From Rhizaria sp. SCN 62-66 (Eukaryota), in the NCBI GenBank assembly GCA_001724265.1, contig MEDY01000301.1, positions 1-37,986 of the forward strand: DNA of 37,986 nucleotides, in the 5' to 3' direction. Both the position numbers and the translations under genes were made by a program. The notes beneath the pieces were generated by a model, which saw only the letters and a program-made list of their open reading frames with translations, ran no database searches and had not been told where the DNA came from. Positions 1-11,300 of the stretch are shown piece after piece (the first letter of the stretch is position 1; every line of letters begins with the position of its first letter).

Positions 1-676
1 CACCTTTATATACCCGCCCCGAAACGACCGTGGGTGGTGTTTGCCCCAGTCTGAGCCTGTGAGACTTGGTATTTTATGCTAAATGTCGGCGGTAACAATT
101 TCTAAGTTGCCATAAAGCATTACATAACATAAACATTATTGTATATTTGAAATATTACATTTTAAGTCAATTTAGTGTGATTGTTAACTTGAATACTTCG
201 ATGAGTTCAACAAGTAGTGAACGTGTCACATGACTTCATAGAATCAGTATTTATATTTTGATTTGTGTGTAGCGCACACACATTCCACAATTCACAATCT
301 CCAGCAAAGTTTTACCACCATTGCTTTTTTTGTAGATAGCGCGCGCGGCAATGTGACGCACGACATTTTACATAAAAAAGCATGTGAGACGTTAACTAAG
401 ACGGCCCACGGTGTATTCCCCTCGCTGTGTCCAAAGGTGGTGTTTCTGTGTTCAAAAGTAGTGTTTCTTGTGTAAATGATAAGCATTTTAATACATATAA
501 TATATATACTTTAAACACAGAAAACACACACTTTAAAGACAGAATCCTACCCTTGTATCCGGAGCTTGGTAGGTCGTTGGGTGCCGTTTCTCTGTGGTTT
601 TCCTGTGAGAGAGTCCCTTTATGTAAAATCTCGCGCGTAACAGGCAAGCGTCTATACGCCACATAAGCTCGCCATC

Positions 677-1717
677 TTAGTCGATATTCTCCGCGTGGTC
701 CGCAGGACTCGAGTTGGTCTCGCTTCCGTTCGAGTCATCAGAAGCAGCAGCACCCGTGCCGCCAGCATCATCAGTCGCAGTGATAGCGAGGGACTTGTTA
801 CTGCTGAGACCGTCGCCGCGCTTCGGCGTGGGCTTGGCGTTCTTATTTCCGGCAGCTGCATCCAGTCTGAGCCCGGCGGCCAGGTCGACCTTGTATCGGC
901 CGACTGAAGCTGCGCCTCTCGCGCGGTGCAGCTCCATCCAGTTTTCCGCTTCCTCCGCGCTGGTGGCGTTGCCAATGGTTGCCGTCACGCCGGGCTGTGC
1001 ATGGAAGTTGTCATCGACGCTGCCCTCTTTGATCAAACGCTCGATCAGGGAGAAAATCAGATGCTTGATGATGAACTCGGTGGCCGTGTTGAAAAACACT
1101 TCCGGACTGCGCTTAACCATGACAATCGCGTTGTTACGGGACGCTTTAGCGCCGCAATTAGTGCGAAAGACAACAAACAGCATACGATACGCACTGGAGC
1201 GCAGACCCGCGCGGCCAGCACTGGGCGAGTCATAAGCCAAGCTCCCCTTGATCTTCGGGTACGCGGCATCAGAATCAATGTTTGCGACACCGCCGCTCTT
1301 GCCGGAGCTGGCGCTGTTTGCTGCGTGCTTGCGGCCGTTGCGCTTTCCGGCCGCAGGGTTTGTGCCGTGCGTCAGCGGATTGCCCAGTGCGTCGAGGCCA
1401 ACGTCGGCGAGAGCCTCAGGGCTGTTGTTGTTGCCCCTGCCGTCGTCGACTTCGGCGACGATTGCAATCAGGCCAGTGTTGACGTCTGAAAAGAGCTGCA
1501 AAACAACAGCGTGCATTGACTTATCGGGGTTGAGGGGACGCGACTGGCCGAAATCGCCCGTGAGCTCGAACGCCGGGGTGCCGATGAGAATATCGCTGGT
1601 GGACTTGACGAGCGCGAGCGGAAAGTTGACGGTGTAGGGCGACCCCAAGGGCTCCGGCTTAAACTTCGTAGACATTTTGCTACCGTACGGCACTTTGTAG
1701 TGACTGCGTGGAGGCAT
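677..1717 (-). CDS. Hypothetical protein, 346 aa, no recognisable domain
   Basis: ATG-to-TAA ORF filling a GC-rich island bounded by AT-rich DNA. Codon style matches neighbouring genes and the composition looks mostly globular. Confidence 0.75.
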   Translation of the reverse strand: MPPRSHYKVPYGSKMSTKFKPEPLGSPYTVNFPLALVKSTSDILIGTPAFELTGDFGQSRPLNPDKSMHAVVLQLFSDVNTGLIAIVAEVDDGRGNNNSPEALADVGLDALGNPLTHGTNPAAGKRNGRKHAANSASSGKSGGVANIDSDAAYPKIKGSLAYDSPSAGRAGLRSSAYRMLFVVFRTNCGAKASRNNAIVMVKRSPEVFFNTATEFIIKHLIFSLIERLIKEGSVDDNFHAQPGVTATIGNATSAEEAENWMELHRARGAASVGRYKVDLAAGLRLDAAAGNKNAKPTPKRGDGLSSNKSLAITATDDAGGTGAAASDDSNGSETNSSPADHAENID

Positions 1718-2292
1718 GTGGCTTTGAGGTGGCGAGGGATAGCGGAGTGTGTTTGGTTCGTCGGGTCAGCTTTCTGGTCGGGGTTGAAGGATTGATGTTT
1801 CAACATGAGGAATTGTCAGAAATGTAACCTTCTTTTAATATCAACACAATTATACTCTGTTATTTTAAGTGATGCTCTAATTGGGAGACTTAAATTCGTT
1901 TAATTTCACGATATTGACTTGAAGTTTACCACAATGATTCCCGGCGGAGGCGACTGTAGTCTGCCAGCAATATGGAGGAAAAATTATACATTCTCGCAAA
2001 TTTAAAACAATTTTTGTTGCTTTAAGTTAATTAAAACAATATACTACAGTTTAAAACGCGTTCACGACTGTAGATGCACTAATACATGGAATTATGGAAT
2101 GTCGGTCGCACGCCACACTCGTGCATCGTGCAACGCCAAACGGAGTTAAGCTAGAAAATGAAGTTGTTTATCAAAAACGACGCTATGTATTCTAATATTA
2201 AAATGGCTAAGTAACTGAATAAAAGAAACAGAAAGTTTCAATCTTCCGGAGATGACTCGAGTTTCATGTACACTCCACCCCGTACATCCTGC

Positions 2293-3110
2293 TTACGCAA
2301 TGCGGCGCGCAAGAAAGTTGTTTACCTTCCTTCCGTCGCCGATGACTTCAATTTCATCCACAAGCACCTGGAAGCCGTGCTCAGGGCCGAACTCGGCGGC
2401 GAGCTGCCCCGGCAGCAGCAGGTTCGCGGGGTGCGCGCAGCCGAGCGCGAAGTGCGAGTAGAGCACGAAGCCGCCGCGGCGGACGCGGTCGCGCAGCAGC
2501 GGGAGCAGCGCGGGGACGAGGAAGCGCACCACGAGGAGCAGGTCAAACCGGCGCGTGTCCCACGGCATCAGAGACGCGGGCAGCGACGCTGCCATCGCCG
2601 CCGTCGAATCAGTGGAGTCAGTGCCGCAGCCAAGACCAACAGCAGCAGTGGCCGAGTCACCAGCATTGGCAGCAGGAAGAAGGAGGTTGGCAGCATCGGT
2701 GTTGCTGTTGAGGCTGCTGCTAGCGATGACCGGACTTCTCACAGCTTGGGGCGACTCGCTCTCAGTCACGGCCGCAGACTCTGTCACAGTCGCTGCCGAG
2801 TCGATTTGCTGCTGCTGTTGCTGCTGTTGTAGCAGCAGCTGCTGCTGCTGGCGCGCTCTGCGCTCCTGCTGCTGTTGCAGCTTCAGCGCCTGCTTCTGCT
2901 TCTGCAGCAGCTCCTTCTCCATCCTGGCCCTCTCCGCGGCGCGCTCCTCCTCCGCGCGGCGCCGCTCTGCCACGGCCGCGGCATCGATCGCCGAGTCCGG
3001 GTGCGGTTTATGCACCACGGCGCCGTCCGCGCGGATTTTACACCGCTCCACGCGGAGCCGGCACTGCGCGGACGCCGCTGCCGCTCCTTCTGCCAGGTCA
3101 CCGCTCGCAT

Positions 3111-3148
<38 letters not shown>

Positions 3149-4914
3149 TCTGTGGCGGTGTCGGCGAGCGTGAGGTCGCGGGCCGTTGCGGAGAGAGCGG
3201 TCAGCATCACGGCGACGTCGTCCACCGCGGTCACGGCCCACTCGAAGCGCTGCGGTGCGGTCGAGGCGCTTGCGTCAGCGACAGGTTTGCTTACACCAGC
3301 AACAGCTGGGGCGCTGACATGAGCACTTAGAGGAGCAGGGTCGCTGCTCGCAGTGAAGTTAGGCCGCATCAGCAGCCAAAGGGAGTCGCGGCCGTGTCCG
3401 CAACCCACATCTAAGCACTCAAAGCGACGCGGCAGCTTACTTTCGGCCCTCGGAAATTTAACTTCCGTTGTTGTGTCAGACTGGATACTCTTGTTGTTGT
3501 TGCTGATGGCAGCGGCCGAGTGCGCGAGCGCCTGTTCGATGCAGCCGATGAAGCGCGGCAGAAGCGGGCAGGGCTCGAATAACACGCGGCGTTCGACTGG
3601 CAACGCCGGGTCGGCGATCAGGGAGTAACAGCTGGGAAGCGCACCGCCGTCGGCTGCCGTGGCGTCAGTGGCCGCGGCGGCAGAGAAATGAGGAGACGAA
3701 AGGGCAGAAAACAAATCGTGCCCGTAATAGCAGTTTTGGCTGCTGGTGTTGATACTGTTGTTGCGGTGATGAGAAGCGTGCTGATTGAGTGTGAGTAGTA
3801 GTTGCTCAGTGTACGCGCTGCCGTCGCTAAGCGCGCGCATCATCACATCATTGACACTCAAACTCACGCCGCACACAGCGTTGCTGCCGTGGTCGATATT
3901 GACAGTATTGCTGTAGTGAAGCAGGGGTGCGAGACCGAGGGTGGCGCAGGCCAACGCTGCCGCGTCAGAGGGGGCCAACGACTGCAGATGCTCGAGACTG
4001 GGCGGGACAGCAGTCGCTGCAGTCGTAGCATCAGCAACGGAAACACCAGCAGTGGAAGTTTCACCACTGGCAATGGAGCTGGCGGAGGCAGGCTGAGTGT
4101 TCAAAGCATCAATACTAATCGAAGCAGTGCTAAGCGACGGAAGTGGTAGCGCTGTACTGCACAAATCAGTATCAGTAGCGCCAACATTAGCGCTCGATTG
4201 CGGCCCTGAAGTCGACTGCGGCGTCTGCTGTTGTGGCTGCGGTTGTTGCTGACGGCGGTACCGCTTCCCTTGCGCCGGTTGGAAAAACGTGGCGGCGGAA
4301 GACGTCGTGAAGCTACCTTCGGTGCAAGCGCCGTTCGAGTCAGCATCAGCGCCAGTGCTAGTGTCCGCACTGGAGCTGTTGTTGGCGCCAGCGTTGGTGT
4401 TAGCGTTGCGGTCGTCACTGTCCGGCGCAGGCCGGCGCTCGCGTGACTGGGAGCCCTGCCTCTGCTTCGGCTGCTGTTCTCGCTGTTGCTGTGCAGAGCA
4501 ATCAACAAGAGCCGACTCAGTTGTGCTAGAAGTCATGCTACTACTATTTGCGTTGTTACCGTTGTTACTGACGACGTTGACGCTGTCGCTGCTGCATAGC
4601 GCCGCGAGGAAAGCTGGCGAGTAGAGCGCGCGGGTGTCGTCCGAGCACAGGTGCGCCACGATGCACCACGGCGTTTCGCGCGAGGCAAAGAAGAGCAGCG
4701 CGGGGAGGTAGCTCGACGCGTCAGACACGACGATAAAGGGCTTGTGGCGCGGCGGGAGCTCGAATAGCCGCCGGTCAGTGAGCACGGGGAAAGGGATGTT
4801 GACCGAGTGGGCGGAGCGGCGAGCGCGGAATTTGGCCGCACTGCGCACATCGAGGATGGGGATCTGTGCGCGGGATAAAGCGGAAACAAACCTGCTCCAT
4901 GATGAAGAGGACAT
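2293..4914 (-). CDS. Rhodanese-like domain fused to class I SAM-dependent methyltransferase (TehB-like), 873 aa, with low-complexity inserts
   Basis: N-terminal ILDVRS..F....SVNIP..L..RLFELPP is rhodanese-like. MTase motif I CLDVGCGHGRD lies at 3385-3417, followed by WAVTAVDD and C-terminal FDLLLVVRFL...GGFVLYSHF...LLPGQL. First ATG is at 4914 (the track starts at the preceding GTG). Ends in TAA. Confidence 0.8.
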
Positions 4915-5582
4915 CACGCCCGTTTAATTCACGCTTGACGATGAAACTGTGTCGAGCTGGTGTTATTCACAAACTCGCCATCATGAACCCCAGCGTCCGA
5001 CCACAAACCAATGGCAAGCGACGCCGGACAAGCAGAGTAATCCTTTTAGTCAGCCTGTTTGAGTCCGACCACAGTCGCTTGCCAGCAACCAACAGCGACG
5101 AAGCTCGACGGGACCGAGAGCCTACGCACCGAGAGTCGCGGCGCTCTGTTATGACCGTCGGTGCTTTTGTAACGCAATGTGCCATGTTATGCGACGCGTG
5201 GGAAGTTATATGCTAAATATCACTTGCAGTGGCTCACTTGACGTGTTGCTATATTCTCCTTTCTTTCGCCCTTGCCTTGCCCCGCGCTTCGCAGAAGCCG
5301 CGCCCACCTTTTCCCCCAGTTTAGGTCACTCGGTTCTCTCCCATTCCGTCCTTTTCTTTCTTTTCGCGGTTTTTCGCATAACAAAAGACTCCTTTTTAAC
5401 ACTTTTTTCTTTCCCGCAGCACACCCCTCTCGCTTCCGCGCTTTCTCGGAGCCCACCGCCACAGTCGTTTTCCGTTCGCTTCTGCCCCCTCGTTTTTGAA
5501 CTTGCTCGCGTCCCGGTTTAGTCAGCATTCCAGCTGTTTTCACTCCACTCTTCACACAAACACCAACGGAAACACGCGCATA
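4915..5582. promoter_or_regulatory. Divergent (head-to-head) intergenic region with the 5' regions of the methyltransferase and PP1 genes
   Basis: Both flanking ATGs point away from it. Lower GC, with a pyrimidine-rich tract on the PP1 sense strand (about 5250-5500). No specific element identified. Confidence 0.5.
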
Positions 5583-6653
5583 ATGTCCGCAGCCATGTTT
5601 CGCGCCACCGCGACCGGCGCCCTCCCGTCCAACGCCGCGTCCCTGAACAAGCCCGCCGGCGGCGCAGCGTGGAGTGTCGACTCAGTCATCTCGCGTCTGC
5701 TCTCGCTGCGCGGCCAGCGCCCCGGCAAGGAGCTTGCGCTCACCGACGAGGACCTGCGCCAGCTCTGCACGCGCGCGCGCGCCGTCTTCCTCTCGCAGCC
5801 CATGCTGCTGGAGCTTTCCGCGCCCGTCAAGGTCTCGGGGGACCTCCACGGCCAGTACTACGACCTCCTGCGTCTGTTTGAGTACGGCGGCTTTCCGCCC
5901 GACGCCAACTATCTCTTCCTGGGCGACTACGTTGACCGTGGAAAGCAGTCGATCGAAACCGTCTGCCTTCTGCTCGCCTACAAGATCAAGTACCCCGACA
6001 ACTTTTTCCTGCTGCGCGGCAACCACGAGTGCGCGAGCATCAACCGCATCTACGGGTTCCACGACGAGTGCCGCCGCCGCTACAACGTCAAGGTGTGGAA
6101 GATGTTCACCGACTGCTTCAACTGCATGCCCCTTGCGGCCCTGATCGAGGACCGCATCTTCTGCATCCACGGCGGCCTGTCGCCCGAGCTGCACAACATG
6201 CAGCAGATCCGCGCCATCCCGCGGCCCTGCGACATCCCCGACTCGGGGCTCGCCTGCGACCTGCTCTGGGCCGACCCCTCCAAGGAGGTGGACGGCTGGG
6301 GTGAGAGCGAGCGCGGCGTCTCCTTTACCTTCTCCGCCGCCGTTGTGGCGCGCTTTCTCGCCGCGCACGATCTCGACCTCGTTTGCCGCGCGCACCAGGT
6401 CGTGCAGGACGGATACGAGTTCTTTGCCAACCGCCGCCTGGTGACGATTTTCTCGGCGCCCAACTACTGCGGCGAATACGACAACGCGGCCGCGCTGCTC
6501 TCGGTCGACGAGAGCCTTGTGTGCTCCTTCCAGGTCCTCGAGCCCAAGGAGAAGCGCCTGCCTCCGCGCATCGGCGCCGGCATCAGTGCTGGCATGGGCG
6601 GCGGCGCACACGGCGGCTCACACGGTGGCGCGGCGGGCCGGTCCCCGATGTGA
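5583..6653 (+). CDS. PP1: Serine/threonine protein phosphatase 1 catalytic subunit (PPP family), 356 aa, intronless
   Basis: All PPP motifs are present: [47 protein letters not shown]1-type context: [30 protein letters not shown]. First ATG 5583; ends in TGA. Confidence 0.97.
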   Translation: MSAAMFRATATGALPSNAASLNKPAGGAAWSVDSVISRLLSLRGQRPGKELALTDEDLRQLCTRARAVFLSQPMLLELSAPVKVSGDLHGQYYDLLRLFEYGGFPPDANYLFLGDYVDRGKQSIETVCLLLAYKIKYPDNFFLLRGNHECASINRIYGFHDECRRRYNVKVWKMFTDCFNCMPLAALIEDRIFCIHGGLSPELHNMQQIRAIPRPCDIPDSGLACDLLWADPSKEVDGWGESERGVSFTFSAAVVARFLAAHDLDLVCRAHQVVQDGYEFFANRRLVTIFSAPNYCGEYDNAAALLSVDESLVCSFQVLEPKEKRLPPRIGAGISAGMGGGAHGGSHGGAAGRSPM

Positions 6654-7007
6654 CGCGCCGTATGATCCGCGATCATCTGCCGTGATGTGACAGGACAGTA
6701 GTCTCGGCGCGCCGCTGCGCGGTGAAGATGTGCTGACTTCAGTTGTGTGTCGAAACATGCTTTGTTGTTGAATGACAGATGTCAACATTCGACACTGTGC
6801 GCCGTCAGCTAAGTATGTATCACAGTTGATGACAATGCACGCACTTTGAATATGCAGCAATTGCTTTGTTGCATGTTACCTTGGATCGAAGCAGTTAAGT
6901 GCTTTGTGTAGGTACTTCAAGAAGTCGAGTCAAATATTTGCTTGACCGCAGAACATTTTAGCTGTGCTGCGTTGTGCGAAGCCATTGTTGTTGCAGGAGT
7001 GTCTTTT

Positions 7008-7080
7008 TTCTTTTTATTCGTTTTTTGTTTGTTTTTGTTTTTGTTTTTGTTTTTGTTTCTGTTGCTTGTTGTTGTCTTTT
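7008..7080 (+). repeat. (TTTTTG)n-type microsatellite / T-rich tract, probably in the PP1 3' region
   Basis: Directly visible tttttgtttttgtttttg run. The 6942 and 6974 ORFs (FLFLFL / FVFVFV) are artefacts of it. Confidence 0.8.
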
Positions 7081-8323
7081 GTTCCAATTTTCTTTTGTTG
7101 ATTGCTGCCTCGATTTCGCGTCATGTTTCTTGCTATCTTTTCATTGTTTGTTTGTTTCCTTGTCTCTTCTATTCTTGTTTTTCTCTCTCTATTCTCCTAC
7201 TAATACTCCTCATAATTATTATGACCACTGCACTGCTGAACTACTTTCGACAAGAGCAACAACAACAATAGCAACAACATTGGCAGCACATTAAGCACAA
7301 CAAACAATTTGTATCAGCATTTGTATCAGCAACAATACCAGCGTCGGCAATAACAACGCACGCTCATTGACACACACGCACAGTTTAGTAATCGTTCTCA
7401 CCGCTTACTCTTTTGTATTTGTTTACTTTTTATACTACTTAAGCTTATATCCTTCTCTCACATGACTAATAAGCTATCTATCAACTACATAAGCGAATGC
7501 ACTTTAGGCAAAGGCGTACTCATCTCAAGCACACAAATGACAACGACAGCAACGTCAGCCGACGATATCAACATAGTACAGCGAGCACACACCATGTTTG
7601 CAGCGACACTAGGTGCACAAGTGCACGTGTCCACGCAGGTGTGCCTGTGCGACTCTAGAGTCACTAATCGTCGCATCAGAACTGGTACTGTGTTGTTGAA
7701 GGTTGCGATGTGTTTAGTCTTTTGTTGTGTCGTGGCCAGGGGCACCGCTGTTGTATGTATCATCAACATTGCCTCTTCTGCATGATATTAGTCACATTCG
7801 CAGTCATTTCGTCTCTGTTGCTGCCAGTTGTAAGAGCAACAAAACGAATGCGAGCTAGGATTTTTCTTTTTCACTATTACCTCAATCAAACATCAAAATA
7901 TCACCCTTTTACTTTTCTTTAGGTTTTTTTCAGTTTGTTCTTATGCCTTAGTTTGGCTATTCGCTGTTTATTTCTCGAAATACATTTATCTTTACATCAT
8001 ATTCCCCATTTTTTAATGCTATCTCCAGTGTGTCCCTTGGTACGACGGCGACTCTGCGTCTGCTCGTAGTAAAAAAACGGCTCTCTCATGAGAACCATAT
8101 GCAGCAACCGCTATCGGCCGTCTTTTCATCAAATAGCACACGATCCAAATAATAACCGCATTATAGATATTACAATTTAAATAATAGCTCACAAATTTGC
8201 TGTACTCACCCCAGAATCCCCACAGCTTTCTTCTCCGTTAGACGCGTCTTGGTTTCCTCCTCGAGCGCTTCTTTCCCGTCCCACTTGCTTCCCGCCGCAC
8301 CTCCCGCGCGTCCTGCCGCGGCC

Positions 8324-11300
8324 ATGGTCCCGATGGATGCCTCCCGCCCATCTTTCCACACGAATTTACACTCGCAGCGCGTGCGCGCCCAACGCGCTGC
8401 CGCTCCCGCCGCGAGTGCTACTATTAACCCCACAGTCACTCTGACTGCGAATCAGGCCGCGCGCGCGCTGCCACTGCTGACGCTCGCGCCCGCGCCGACC
8501 GAGCCGGCCCCCGCGGCGTTTCGCGCACCATCCCTGCGCGATCAGCACCTTGCCCGCCGCGCGCGCGCGCAGCAGGCCGCCGCCGAGGCCACTTCTCCGC
8601 GCTCCGCCGCCGCCCGCGCCGCTGCTGCCGCCGCGGCCGCCGCGGCCGCCGCGAACGAGGCCGCGCTCGCCGCCCTGCGCACGCGCACGCTGGGCGCCGA
8701 GGAGCGCGCGCTGCTGGCCCGGGCTGACGCCGGCTTTGCCCGCGAGGAGGCCGAGCGCGCGCGCTTGCAGCGGGAGAAAGAGCAGGCTGAGGCCGAGGCA
8801 GCTCTCGCGCAGGCCATGTGCGCGCGCTCGCCGCCGCCCGCGATCCCCAGCGGCGGCTCCAACAGCAGCAACAGCAACGGCGCGGGCCCGTTGAGCGCGT
8901 CTTCGTTCCAGCCGCAGCAGGGACCCGCAGTGCCCGCGCTCGCCGCCGTCTCTGCCCTCAACACCGCGAGCGCGAGCTCTAGCTCTAGCTTTCGCTCGAG
9001 AGTGTCGAGCGGTATCGAGCGCGGCGCGCAGCAGCAGCAGGAGGACGCCGAGGCCGAGGCCGAGGCCGAGGCGGAGGCCCTGAAGCACCGCGCGCAGACA
9101 CAGGCGCGCGCGAAGGCAGCGCTCGCGGCGGCCACGGCGGCGGGCGGCGGTGGCCCGACATTCTTCACGATGCAGGAGGACGAAGACGAGGACGAGCGCG
9201 GGAATGAACATGAGCTGCAGCAGCAACAGCAACAGCAGCAGCAGCAAGGGCAGCGCGAGCAGGAGCAGAGTGATCTGGCGAGTGAGAGTGTCGCAGGCAC
9301 TCAGGGGCAAGGGGGCATGTCCGCGACTGGGTTCTCAGCTCACAGTCACTACTCTAACGCGACTGGGCAAGGGGCGGGAGCGAACGAACAGTCTAAGGGG
9401 GGTGACGCGGGTTTAAGCGGCGCTGACCTTGCGGCTAGGTCTCATCCAGCTGTCAGCATCGACTGTGGTGACCCTTGGCTGTGGCTACAACAACAACAGC
9501 AACAGCAACAGCAACAGCAGCAGCCAAGCTCGAGCACTTCTGCCGTCAACCTGGCGAACAGTGCCGGCAGTGCACCGTACGCCATCATCTTGCCCACGGC
9601 CTCCTCCGTCTCCGCTCTTAACAGCACTGCGACGGTGACCACCAACGGGCTCGCCGGCGCTGGCACTGCCGTCGTCGTCGGCGTCAGCACGGCGACGCTG
9701 CCAACCGCGCTCTCGGTTGCGTCACGCGTCGCCGTCAGCGGCACCGTTGTCCCCCTTTCTCAGTCACACTTACATTCGCAGTTTCAGTCGCACGCACAGT
9801 CGCCGTCGAACGCACGCTTTGCGCACGCACAGTCTAGCGGCAGCAGCGGCCGCTCTGACGCTGAGACCGAGGCCGAGGCCTTTGCGTTTGCGCAGACGGC
9901 CGCCGCGCCGCCAATGCCGGTCTCCGCCGCCGCCGTCGTCGCCTGCCGCTCTTTCCTCACGGGCGGCCTAACTTCGGGCCGCGCTGGTCTAAGTGCCGCC
10001 CAGATGCCCACTTACACGTTCAACGGCGTGCCGACGACCGCGGCGTTTGCGGCGACGCACGCAGCTTTGTCGTCGGCCGCCGCCGCTGCCGCCGCCGCGC
10101 TGCGCCGCCGCGGCGGCACAAGTGCGCTATCGGTGCTCACGGTCAGCGAACGCGCTGCGCTGTCGCCGCCGGTCATCTTGCCTCTGCTGCAGCCGCCCGC
10201 AACAGCCGCTGCCGCTGCCAATACGACCGCTGCTCAGCGGCCTGCGTCGGCCGCAGTCAAGGCGAGTTACAGTGCGAGTGGCCCGGGCTCGAGTGTGGTG
10301 TCGGCGCTGCTGCTGGCGCTGTCGCCGTGGCGTGTGTCCGTGGCCGCCGTGCCTGGGGTCCGCGCCGCCAACGAGGACACCGCGTCGGCGCGCGCGCGCG
10401 TGGGCGGCGCCGTGGCCCGCCACGGCGCAGCTCTCCTCGCCCTTTCCAGCAGCGGAGATGCGGGCAGCGCGCAGCTCGCTGGTGCGAGTGCGAGTAAGGC
10501 GGAGACGGCCGCGGCGGCGGCGGCCGTGGCCGGCGCGGGCGCGCGCTGGCTGCGGCAGGCCCGCGTCACCGTGGCCACCGTGGCCGCGGCAGAGGACGCT
10601 AAACTCACCGCTGCGGTTGCGTTGTTGCGTGAGAAGGCCGCCAAGGCCGCCGCCGCCGCTGTGACCGCCGCGGCTGCTGCGACCGCGACGGCGACCGCGG
10701 CCGCGGACATTGAGCAGGGTGACAGAGTCGCTGTGGCCATGATGCGGCGGCTGCTGCAGATGGAGGACAAGGCAGCGCCCTTCCGCGTCCCCATCAACAC
10801 CGGCGTCGCTGCATCTGTGGGCTCTTCTGGTGCTGGCACGAGCGCGGGCGTCAGCTCTGGCTCTGGCTCTGGCTCAGGCTCTGGTGTCTGTGTTGACGCC
10901 GGCTTAAGCGAAGGCGGCGGCGGCGGTGGCGGCGGCGGCGGCGACGGCGATGACGACGACGACAACGTCAGCGGTCACAGTGCACGCGCAAAGGCGTCTG
11001 GTAAAGACTTCTCAGGTCTCAGCAGCAACGCTGCCAGTGCTTGTGCCGAGGGGGAGACTGCTGCTGCCGTTGCCGCTGCTGCAGTAAGCGCGAGCCTGAC
11101 GTCCATCACTGCAGTGTCGGACATGACGACGGAGGCCTTCGACCTCTGGCTCTCGCAAAACACGAGCAACAACTGCAACGTAGCCGCCACTGCCGCCGCC
11201 GCTGCTGTTGTGTCAGCTTCCGTTGACGACGTTGACGACGACGTGAACGCCCACGCCAGCGGCAAGCACTCGAGCGCCACGCCTATCGCGCTGCTGACCC

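Noticed and set aside
5682-6611. 309-aa antisense ORF over PP1, and the many overlapping ORFs across all large genes (e.g. 34774..36120, 14131..15372)
   Set aside because: Shadow ORFs expected from extreme GC3 and trinucleotide repeats. They carry no motifs of their own.
6942-7922. Hydrophobic small ORFs between PP1 and the 2380-aa gene; likewise 37005..37355
   Set aside because: Products of T-rich or CAA-rich non-coding sequence, with codon usage unlike the real genes.
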